In this document: one piece after another, positions 49,095 to 58,910 of the stretch
How the letters are laid out: every line of letters starts with the position of its first letter
How positions within the stretch are numbered: position 1 is the stretch's first letter
NCBI GenBank assembly: GCA_037200925.1
Contig: JBBCGO010000001.1
Coordinates: 696,235 to 760,234, forward strand
Source: Candidatus Doudnabacteria bacterium
Lineage (GTDB): Bacteria > Patescibacteriota > Doudnabacteria > UBA920 > O2-02-FULL-48-8
Length of the DNA: 64,000 nucleotides
Reading direction: 5' to 3'
Position numbers and translations under genes: made by a program
Notes under the pieces: model-generated
The model's input: only the letters and a program-made list of their open reading frames with translations
Told to the model about the DNA's origin: nothing
Database searches by the model: none

Positions 49095-49640
49095 AAATCC
49101 TCCAAACAAATTCTCGTGTTAAGGTCAGTATTTCTGCGGCTCATCCCATTACTAATTTATAATTATAGCAGATTTTAGTGTTATTGTCAAGATACCTATT
49201 TGACTAAACGTTTTAGTATAGCCAACAAGGGCATCTTATGAACAAAAGTACCGCCAGCTTGACAACCTTGGTAAATAACCCTATTATATTTGTACGTTAA
49301 AAATCTAATAAAGGAGCCTTAAAAAACACTACACGTTTTTGAGCCAATTTCTTTGATCCCGCAAGCTTATATGGGATATCAGGAAACACGAAGAAGCTCG
49401 TGTTTTTTACTTGCTTAAAGGTTTTTAAAGAACCTTAACAAATCAATACAGTAATAGATTGTACACTCAATAGACTTTGCAAGCAGTTTATTGGGAATAA
49501 GAATACGTCAATAACTTTGAATTTATAAAGGTTTATGTAATTGACCTTTTAAAAAAATAATTGCGCCAGTTTGTTTCTGAACAAGAAGCAAGCTCAACAA
49601 TTTCTGGTAGAGGTATCGCAAGAAATCCTCTCAACAGAAT

Positions 49641-51100
<1,460 letters not shown>

Positions 51101-51255
51101 TAAGGAGAATTCCGCAACATGTAGTACAGAGATTTCGATCTTTTGCTACTAGCGGTATATGGTCGATTGCTCAGACCTAAAGTCGGAGCGATACTAAAAG
51201 ATTTCAAAGTGAAAAGACGAAAAACTTATTCCCAATAATTTGTTTGCAAACAAAT

Positions 51256-51289
51256 AAAAGCCTCGTGGCCATTCGGTCAGAGGCTTTTT
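51256..51289 (+). terminator. terminator ending the 16S transcript
   Basis: AAAAGCCTC..GAGGCTTTTT. Confidence 0.65.
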
Positions 51290-51380
51290 AAATTGCATAG
51301 TATTGACAATTCGGCCATTCTGATGTATTATGTTTAGTCTCGCAACCCGGGATCATATTCGATTTTTTGAGGAGGATGGA

Positions 51381-51683
51381 ATGAAAATCAATGCGCGTTT
51401 TCCCAAAGCGATGCCGGCAGTTGGTTCTCTAGTGCGGTTTACGACAAGCGAGAACGAGTTGAAACCGAAAGAAGGCAACGACCTCATTGAGGCCATCATC
51501 ATCTCTCGTTGGTTCGATAGCGCAACGGGTCTGTTTTACGCCACGACGAGCAATCTATTTTTCCAGGATCTGACATACAATCCTTATCGACGCGCGCGTG
51601 GGTGGGAAAGTTCGATCGGGCAATCCGAAGGCAAAGAATTCCGGAAAAATATCTTGCAACTCCGAGTTCTCAAACGCCGCTAG
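51381..51683 (+). CDS. hypothetical protein
   Basis: GAGGAGG RBS, upstream TTGACA promoter, downstream terminator. Confidence 0.7.
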   Translation: MKINARFPKAMPAVGSLVRFTTSENELKPKEGNDLIEAIIISRWFDSATGLFYATTSNLFFQDLTYNPYRRARGWESSIGQSEGKEFRKNILQLRVLKRR

Positions 51684-51806
51684 ACGAATCACAGAGCCTT
51701 CGTAATTCGAAGGCTCTTTTCTTTTTGCCAAAAAAAGAACCCCGATACTAGACGCTACGCGTCAGTACGGGGTATGGCGGTCGTCGGGAATGACCGCTTT
51801 GTGCGG

Positions 51807-52616
51807 TCACGATCCGCTTTTGCGTCCGGCCCAGTTGAAAATGTTCTCTTCGAGGAAGAATTCGAAGATGAACACTTTTTGTTTCTGGGAGTACTGGATA
51901 TTGGTATATCCTGGTTCCATGCGGGTTTCTCCGTACGAAAATCCGGCCAGAAACCCATAGCCTGCCCGAGAATCCTTATCGCAATCTCCACAGAATCTGA
52001 ATCCGGCAAGAGCGATCAGAGGAACTCGGTAGCTGCCGATAGTTTGTTCCGGCAGACTGGGCTTAAGATCGTCGAGAGCGTGGCGTCCTTGGCTGAAATT
52101 GATGTCCCGCCAGAGACCATACGACGACACCTCAGTTGTAAACCAGATTGGACCAGCTACTTTCACGGAAGCTTCTGCAAAAACTCCAATGTTTGCAGCG
52201 GCTGTCGAAAGCTCGAAGTAGTCGTAAAAACTACCGCACTCACCGCCACCTTCGCAGTAGATATCAGAAGTACCTGATCTGAATGAAAAAGCAGGTCCGG
52301 CTGCTATTTGAATCCGATTGCCGAAATTCAGAGTAGGTCCAAACTGAAGAGGAACTTGGTAGGTCGGTCGAAGGGTGAAGTTGACCCCATCGTCTTTGAA
52401 GGAGCCACCTTGGACAAATACAAAGGTCGTGAGGTTTTCGGGAAAGTTTCCGAAAACGTTTTTGGCCCACAGGACTGGTTGCAGGCCGCCTTTCATTTTG
52501 AAACCAATTGTGACACCTTCCGGGTGGTCCACTTTCTTTTCTTCATCTTGCTGGGCCGAAACTGGTGGCGCAATCATCAGGAGAGCGACGACCAGAGCAC
52601 TTGACCATTTTTCCAT
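51807..52616 (-). CDS. secreted beta-strand-rich protein (outer-membrane beta-barrel-like), paralog 1
   Basis: Signal peptide ..VSA-QQ; alternating amphipathic strands; AAGGAGG RBS. Confidence 0.65.
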   Translation of the reverse strand: MEKWSSALVVALLMIAPPVSAQQDEEKKVDHPEGVTIGFKMKGGLQPVLWAKNVFGNFPENLTTFVFVQGGSFKDDGVNFTLRPTYQVPLQFGPTLNFGNRIQIAAGPAFSFRSGTSDIYCEGGGECGSFYDYFELSTAAANIGVFAEASVKVAGPIWFTTEVSSYGLWRDINFSQGRHALDDLKPSLPEQTIGSYRVPLIALAGFRFCGDCDKDSRAGYGFLAGFSYGETRMEPGYTNIQYSQKQKVFIFEFFLEENIFNWAGRKSGS

Positions 52617-52794
52617 AGGTCCTCCTTGGACATTAGAGCATATCATTTTAATGAATTGAAATCAAGAGCCTAAAGATCCCGTCAAACGGGACAAGTCGGC
52701 TCTTTTTTGTTTTGCAAAACTACGTATCTAACTACGTAGTTTGCGACGTCGTAAAAAAAGAAGCGGTCGTCTGGGACGAACCGCTTAGCCTAAT

Positions 52795-53574
52795 TCAGGA
52801 CTTTTCTTTGTGGTTGATAAACAATCGAAAGTTGAACGAAAATCCAACCGCCAGCTTTCTGACATTTTCCGTATATCGGATATCCGAGAATTGCGGATTG
52901 AGAGTCGTACTAGATGGGATATACCCGATCATCAGCCGCGCGTCCACGCCATTGTCCTCGTCACAATCACAAAGCCCGATTCCAAACAGGATGCCGTACG
53001 GTACGCGGCGTGTGGCGATAGTCTGTTTGAGTAGAGTATCGTCGCCACCATAAGCACTAAATCCCTGTTTGAAATCTATCGTGGTGGTGTCTTTGTTGTT
53101 GAGCAGTCCTTGAACATGTAGCCAGACCGGCCCAATTGCGCGGACAGACCCCTCGACATATTCGCCGTAATATCCGCCAGTGTTGAGCATCTGGAAATAT
53201 GTGACTGTGGAACCTTCGCAGTAGCACCCTTGGACGATATTTTTATCGCTGTTGCCGCCCGTTATCAGCATATTGAAGCCGCCCGCCAACTCCACCCGGT
53301 TTTTGATGTTTACGAAAATTCCGAGCTGGCCTGTACCCATGGTCAAATCCTGTATGAAATGGTCAGCTGGGAACGTTTGGGTAGAGTCCGGGATCGTCCG
53401 GAGTGATTCGGGGATGTTTGCGAAATCGGAGTTACCCCGCCAGCCAAACGAAACTCCGAACGTGCTACCGACAATCACCGCGGGTGCGTGGTTGGCCACC
53501 GGGTTGTCCTGGGCATTCGCAACCGACGCTAGAAGTGAAAAGACTGCGATTGCTGCAAAAGTCAGTTTTTTCAT
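52795..53574 (-). CDS. secreted beta-strand-rich protein (outer-membrane beta-barrel-like), paralog 2
   Basis: Signal peptide ..ANA-QD; shares YCEG, GP(I/V)W, FxQG, QTI..RVP, DCD with paralog 1. Confidence 0.65.
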   Translation of the reverse strand: MKKLTFAAIAVFSLLASVANAQDNPVANHAPAVIVGSTFGVSFGWRGNSDFANIPESLRTIPDSTQTFPADHFIQDLTMGTGQLGIFVNIKNRVELAGGFNMLITGGNSDKNIVQGCYCEGSTVTYFQMLNTGGYYGEYVEGSVRAIGPVWLHVQGLLNNKDTTTIDFKQGFSAYGGDDTLLKQTIATRRVPYGILFGIGLCDCDEDNGVDARLMIGYIPSSTTLNPQFSDIRYTENVRKLAVGFSFNFRLFINHKEKS

Positions 53575-53729
53575 ATGTCCTCCTTTGGCTATCAATCCTA
53601 ACATGTTCGGAAGCGGTTCGTAAAGAACCTTCGGCGGCTCTTTTTTTGTTCGGTCGGTTTGTGTTAATATACTTCAAACGAAAACAAAAACCGCTAATCG
53701 CGGTTAAGTTTGTCTTAAGGAGGGTGATT

Positions 53730-54323
53730 GTGAAGGAATGGGTTTTCCTGCTCGTCGCTGCTCTCGCGGCTGCTTCATGCAGCAACACTACATCCGTGTC
53801 AGCGCCTACGCAGACGGCCACGAACTCTGTGCCGATCAGCAAAAGCGTGATCTTCGATGCCATTTCCGAAGGCAATAAAATGTCTTCCTTCGCCGAGTTC
53901 CGTAAGAACGGAACTGCCTTCTACCATAAGACCGGGGGTGCCGGCGGTGGGAGGGGATTCAATATCGCCGTGATCGATTTGAATACTGGTGAGCAGGTAG
54001 GCCAGGTACAGAATTTCGATACATGGGGCTCGGTAAGTCCAAGCCTGGTCACTGCCTATCTGGACTCCATCCCGAACAAAAGCCTGATCTTGATCGCCGT
54101 CGGAGATGAAGCAGGGATCAATCACTGGGATACCTGTGATTTTTACTCCGGTAGCAGTCTGAATCTCATAGACAGCTTGAGAGCGCTTGGGTCGACGATG
54201 ATTTCAAATTATTGCTACGGATATTCCTGGAGCATGATCGCCATCAAAGGCGGCGACAAGAAAGACGAGCAGTTGCTTACGATCGGGGATGCGAAAAGCA
54301 CTTTCAGCCTTCAACTTCCGTAG
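53730..54323 (+). CDS. lipoprotein with ILEI/PANDER (GG-type) domain
   Basis: GTG start after AAGGAGG; lipobox AAS-C; RGFNIAVID..TG..FDTWG, IAVGDEA. Confidence 0.7.
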   Translation: MKEWVFLLVAALAAASCSNTTSVSAPTQTATNSVPISKSVIFDAISEGNKMSSFAEFRKNGTAFYHKTGGAGGGRGFNIAVIDLNTGEQVGQVQNFDTWGSVSPSLVTAYLDSIPNKSLILIAVGDEAGINHWDTCDFYSGSSLNLIDSLRALGSTMISNYCYGYSWSMIAIKGGDKKDEQLLTIGDAKSTFSLQLP

Positions 54324-54406
54324 TTTGCGAAGTTCAGCCGTTTTCACATGCAGTGAAGTCGGCTCTTTTTTTTGGCAAAAAAAGAAGCGGTCGTCTGTGA
54401 CGCCGC

Positions 54407-54931
54407 TTAGAAATCGCTTAGCTTGCTGAATTTTGGCGGAGGAAGCTGCAAACAGGTATGCGTAATGACCGTTTGGTTGATCCAGCGCCGCCTCCATTCT
54501 GACCACTCTCCTCTCTCTCGGATAGTGGCGCACACGCTACGCCGGCCTTCTCTGGGTGCAAAAACATGAGCAGCCGACGCTTCGACTCCGGGAGGTATAA
54601 CGCCGCTGTTAAAACTTCCTTCCTCTAAGCCATCTCCCCATGTCCATACCGGTTCTCCGCGGCTACCGGCTACCCAATCGTTTTCTCGCATGTGACGGAT
54701 CGAGACCACCACACCATTACCATCATCGCTGACAGACTCAAGAACAAGACTGACCGTTTTTGGAGGTTTGGCCTCAGCCCAGTCGTTGAACGCGTGTACT
54801 AGCAGACCCAATATCGCCATGGGGACAAGAACGGGTCCGAATACCAGCGCCAGAATACTAACTATGAAAAATAAGGCGTTATTGAAGAGTTTATCGAGGA
54901 CAGTATCCTTAATTGAACGCCCTTGATTCAT
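54407..54931 (-). CDS. membrane protein with PKD-like domain
   Basis: N-terminal TM region; WTWGDG..HVF..G..V. Confidence 0.55.
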   Translation of the reverse strand: MNQGRSIKDTVLDKLFNNALFFIVSILALVFGPVLVPMAILGLLVHAFNDWAEAKPPKTVSLVLESVSDDGNGVVVSIRHMRENDWVAGSRGEPVWTWGDGLEEGSFNSGVIPPGVEASAAHVFAPREGRRSVCATIRERGEWSEWRRRWINQTVITHTCLQLPPPKFSKLSDF

Positions 54932-55046
54932 TGCGTCCTCCTTCGACTCCAAGGTATACCTTTTCGTCCCGCTAATCAAGAGTCTTGAGAACGGCTCTTT
55001 TTTGTTTGTCAAAAAATTGTTATACTAAACTCGTAGAAGATCAAAA

Positions 55047-55790
55047 ATGAAATCAAAAAAACCTGACAAAAAATCGCCAATAGTTCGTCACATTCACAAG
55101 ACCATCAAGAAGAGCACTTGGATGGCTCGGGAAGTTGTGAAATTCACAGGCATTCCAACGGCCTACTCTGAGACCGTGGCGTGGTTTGCGGAACGCATGA
55201 TCTTGGCAACTATATGTCTGCTGATTGCGGGATTTACCGTCGGAGTAATTTTTGCTTTGTATGTATCACCTCCGATTGCCCTAAGTCCCACATATACTTA
55301 TCTGGCTGACCACGCGGACATGGTTAAGGCACAGTTCATTGATTTTGCTTCGCCTTTTTTTGAACAATTCTTAAGGGAAAATTATAAAGAAGAGAAACTC
55401 CAGGCGAAAGCTCTGGCTTTACGCAAACAACAACTCCAGGCATATTTGGAGAAGAAAGATTCGCCGTTTGCCGATGATGATCAGACCTTGACCGCGCTGG
55501 CCTCGGCCAAAAACATGAAATTGATCCTGGCGATCTCGTTTGTGGAGAGCAACTTCGGCAAGCATTGTTATTATTTCAATTGCTCGGGCATTGGCGGGTC
55601 CGTACCGAATCTGCGGAAGTATAAAAGCTACGCGGAGTGGGTAGTGGACTTTGACAAACTGCTGGAAGACCACTACAAAGGTGTGGCTCCGGAAAAGTTT
55701 ATCGGCCTCTATGTCCAGCCGGGGAGTCCGAATTGGATCAACGGAGTGAGCCAAGTTTTGGAAGAATTTAAAGAACAAGGAATAGCATAA
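55047..55790 (+). CDS. membrane-anchored lysozyme-like (glucosaminidase-type) protein
   Basis: TM; LILAISFVESNFGK..NCSGIG. Confidence 0.6.
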   Translation: MKSKKPDKKSPIVRHIHKTIKKSTWMAREVVKFTGIPTAYSETVAWFAERMILATICLLIAGFTVGVIFALYVSPPIALSPTYTYLADHADMVKAQFIDFASPFFEQFLRENYKEEKLQAKALALRKQQLQAYLEKKDSPFADDDQTLTALASAKNMKLILAISFVESNFGKHCYYFNCSGIGGSVPNLRKYKSYAEWVVDFDKLLEDHYKGVAPEKFIGLYVQPGSPNWINGVSQVLEEFKEQGIA

Positions 55791-56148
55791 ATCAATCGCC
55801 CGGAGGCGGTTGTTTTATGAGCCTGGATAATTTTGAGCTCATTTTTTTCACCATTGACATTTTCTTTGGCCGGGTATATACCATAAACATATATGTCCAA
55901 TTGCAAATGGGAAATTCTATATCTTGTTGACCCGCCTGTCCGCCCGACTTGAGGTTATATTTAACAGTGGAAAGGGCAGATTTATGTGGAATCATTATCT
56001 TCTGTGGGCGATTGATGAAGCCATGCGCCATCTCTGGCCGGGTAAAAAATAAACTGCGAGAAGAAACAAAAAGTAATAAAATGACAAAAACCGCCTGTTG
56101 GCGGTTTTTTCTTTTGCACTTTTATTGTTCCGGCTATATAGTTAGAAC

Positions 56149-56499
56149 ATGAATAAACTCCTGAAAATAGAAGAACTGGCAATGTTTTGTCTGGGCATCT
56201 TTCTGTTCTCGCAGCTTCATTTTGCCTGGTGGTGGTTCGCGCTTTTGTTGCTGACGCCGGATATCGGAATGATAGGGTATCTGATAAATCCAAAGATCGG
56301 AGCTTTTACTTATAACCTCCTGCATCACAGAGCCGTGGCCATAAGCGTATATTTATCGGGGATCTATTTCGGCAACAGCATTCTGCAGCTTGCCGGAGTG
56401 ATCATGTTCGCGCACAGCAGCATGGATCGGATCTTAGGCTTTGGGCTTAAGTATCCTGATTCTTTTACTCACACTCATTTGGAAAAAATAGGGAAATAA
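56149..56499 (+). CDS. DUF4260 family membrane protein
   Basis: PDIGMIGY, YNLLHH, AHSSMDRILGFGLKY. Confidence 0.88.
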   Translation: MNKLLKIEELAMFCLGIFLFSQLHFAWWWFALLLLTPDIGMIGYLINPKIGAFTYNLLHHRAVAISVYLSGIYFGNSILQLAGVIMFAHSSMDRILGFGLKYPDSFTHTHLEKIGK

Positions 56500-56918
56500 T
56501 GAAAACTATTTTGCACGAAGGCAATCAATACGTGTTAAGGTTTGACAGGGGAGAGGAAGTCATCTCTTCACTCAAACAATTTTGTCAGCAGGAGAAAATC
56601 GTTTCCGTCTTTTTTTACGGGTTGGGCGCATGCAGTTATTTGAAGCTTGCTTACTATAATCTGGAGACAAAAAAATACCAGGAGCAGGAATTCGATCGGG
56701 ATCTGGAGATAGCAGGTGTCAGCGGAAATATTGCAGAATTTGAGAATGACCTGACTGTGCACATGCACGGCAGCTTTGCCGACGAAACCATGAAAGCATT
56801 GGGCGGGCATGTTGTGTCCATGAAAACAGCCGGGACCTGCGAAATATTCCTGACGAAATTCGGACAGCCGATGACCCGTAAATTCAACCCCGAAACCGGC
56901 CTGAAGCTTTTGGATTGA
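56499..56918 (+). CDS. PPC/DUF296 domain protein
   Basis: LRFDRGEE, GLGA, GNI, HMH, GGH, TCEI. Confidence 0.88.
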   Translation: MKTILHEGNQYVLRFDRGEEVISSLKQFCQQEKIVSVFFYGLGACSYLKLAYYNLETKKYQEQEFDRDLEIAGVSGNIAEFENDLTVHMHGSFADETMKALGGHVVSMKTAGTCEIFLTKFGQPMTRKFNPETGLKLLD

Positions 56919-56974
56919 CTTCGCATTTTCTTGATCCAATAAAAAAACGGGCGTCTCACGGCGGTCCGTTTGTA

Positions 56975-57199
56975 TTATTTTGGAGGGATGTCCTTTGGCG
57001 GGGGAATGAAATTCTGTTCAGGGCCGGGCTTGATCTTGTCACCCGCTTCGCGCCAGAGCGAATCGATGAAGATGCGGATCGTGCCGTCGCCTATACGCAT
57101 ATATTCGACTTTATTGGTCTCAATCCAGTTGTATATCGTGCGCCGGCTGACACCGACCAGTTCACAGGCTTTCGGTATTGAAATTGTTTTGCGCTCCAT
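56975..57199 (-). CDS. excisionase-family HTH DNA-binding protein
   Basis: ISIPKACELVGVSRRTIYNWI; AGGAGGAG RBS. Confidence 0.85.
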   Translation of the reverse strand: MERKTISIPKACELVGVSRRTIYNWIETNKVEYMRIGDGTIRIFIDSLWREAGDKIKPGPEQNFIPPPKDIPPK

Positions 57200-57283
57200 T
57201 GAGCTCCTCCTGAATAAAGATTAACACATGCGCTTGATTTATCAAGAATTAGTCATATTTTTTTGATTTGATATAATAAATGC

Positions 57284-57649
57284 ATGAAAAGATTGTATTG
57301 GGAAATTTTGTTCGGTGCGCTGTTCGTTCTGGCCGGCAGTTTCCTGGCGTATAGATTCCTTTCCGGTTACAGTGCTTTCTGGACTGCCCAAAAATTATGG
57401 AGTTTGATCTTGGTTGTTGGTTATGTTTTCGTTGCCGGCGGCTATTGGCGACAGGGAGCAATTATTCACAGGGCGAAAAACGCCACAAATGTATCTTTGA
57501 TCCTGCCCAGCGCAGTTTTTGTGGTGCAGTGCATAATATTCGTCAAAGGAATTTATTACCATGATGCGGCGTTGGTTACGGGCGCGATTCTGGTAAACTC
57601 GGCCGTAGTCTTCGATATTTATCAAATAATAAGAGCTGGCAGTCATTAA
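57284..57649 (+). CDS. small membrane protein (PQ-loop/SemiSWEET-like)
   Basis: 4 TM; Q..I..K.A.NVS motif. Confidence 0.55.
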   Translation: MKRLYWEILFGALFVLAGSFLAYRFLSGYSAFWTAQKLWSLILVVGYVFVAGGYWRQGAIIHRAKNATNVSLILPSAVFVVQCIIFVKGIYYHDAALVTGAILVNSAVVFDIYQIIRAGSH

Positions 57650-57662
57650 ACAAGGAAATTTT

Positions 57663-58319
57663 ATGTACAAAGTAAAACCGTCAGAGGAATGCGAAATGAT
57701 AGAAGACATGCCGTTGAAAGCTTTGGTGCTGAATGCTTCTTTAAAACATAAAGGCAAGGAGATATCAAACACCGAGGAACTGGCGCAGCTGGTTTTGGAT
57801 AATATGAAGCCTCATAAAGTGGAGTCCGAGATCATCCGCCTGGCTGATCTGAGAATTCCTGTGGGCTTGGATTATAAAGAAAGCGATGACGACGAGTGGC
57901 CTTCGATCGTGGCTAAAATTAAAGCTGCGGATATTGTCATCTTTGCCACGCCGATCTGGTGGGGCGGACGCTCCAGCCTAATGCAGAGGATAATTGAGAG
58001 ATTGGATTCTTTGGACGAAGAGTATTCGGCTTCGGGTAGATCGGCTTTATTGAATAAAGTGGCGGGGATATGCATTACCGGTTCGGAAGACGGGGCGCAG
58101 GCGGTGCAGGGAGCGATCATGGAAGTTCTGACCTGGATGAATTTTACTTTGCCTCCGGAGTGCTGCGCTTACTGGGTCGGGGAAGTGGGACAGCCGCCGG
58201 CGAAGGATCGCGAAAAGCGGCTAGCCAATGAAGCCACCAAGCACATGGCGCACAATCTGGCCCGCAATCTGGTTTATTATGCGCAACTTCTGAAAAAGCA
58301 TCCGATGGTGATGAAATAG
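57663..58319 (+). CDS. flavodoxin-like NADPH-dependent FMN reductase
   Basis: NASLK..SNTE, ADIVIFATPIWWG, ITGSEDG. Confidence 0.88.
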   Translation: MYKVKPSEECEMIEDMPLKALVLNASLKHKGKEISNTEELAQLVLDNMKPHKVESEIIRLADLRIPVGLDYKESDDDEWPSIVAKIKAADIVIFATPIWWGGRSSLMQRIIERLDSLDEEYSASGRSALLNKVAGICITGSEDGAQAVQGAIMEVLTWMNFTLPPECCAYWVGEVGQPPAKDREKRLANEATKHMAHNLARNLVYYAQLLKKHPMVMK

Positions 58320-58332
58320 TTTAGGAGGATTT

Positions 58333-58629
58333 ATGAAGCAGGCCATCATCGGCCTTGCGATCGGCTGGCTTTTCGCAAAGCTCCTGGGCAGGAAAGACGA
58401 ACAGGAATTCAAGCTTTGGAAGCAAGCCGATCGGGAGTACGACTTGTTGTTCCATAAGCTGCTGGAATTGCGGGACGATCCGACCATGACCGACAGAAAA
58501 TGGGCGAGCTGGCTCCCTGTCTTTGAGTATATGGACAGGCACTATGCAGCCAATAATTTTCTGAATGTGAAAGTTGTATCGCTTGGCGAGTTCGTCAGAA
58601 AACAGATCGATGACAAATGTTATTTATAG
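58333..58629 (+). CDS. hypothetical protein with N-terminal TM
   Basis: AGGAGG RBS. Confidence 0.65.
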   Translation: MKQAIIGLAIGWLFAKLLGRKDEQEFKLWKQADREYDLLFHKLLELRDDPTMTDRKWASWLPVFEYMDRHYAANNFLNVKVVSLGEFVRKQIDDKCYL

Positions 58630-58705
58630 GAGACCAAAAAGCGGCCTTGGGGCTCCTTTTTTATTTGGAAAGTTTTGTTATAATATCTTTAGAAAGGAAA
58701 ATTTT

Positions 58706-58813
58706 ATGGCTGACGAAAATATGCCCGAAGGCGATAAAGTGTGCGGCACATGTCACCATGTCCACGGCAAGGCCGATGGAACATGCGACTGCGGTTGCAC
58801 AGTTATCCAATAG
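58706..58813 (+). CDS. Cys/His-rich mini-protein (metallothionein-like, 35 aa)
   Basis: MADENMPEGDKVCGTCHHVHGKADGTCDCGCTVIQ; TATAAT, AAAGGA RBS, downstream hairpin. Confidence 0.6.
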   Translation: MADENMPEGDKVCGTCHHVHGKADGTCDCGCTVIQ

Positions 58814-58910
58814 TTTAAGAAAAGAAAACCGTCCTGAGGAACCAGGACGGTTTTGATTTGAGATATTTTTTTTCCTTTTTAATTTTGAAAATTTAGTATA
58901 AGCTATTTAT

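Noticed and set aside
55792-56031. 79-aa minus-strand ORF
   Set aside because: No RBS or recognisable motif; cannot be supported
56975-57199. Prophage marked by an excisionase-like gene
   Set aside because: No integrase, structural or replication genes nearby
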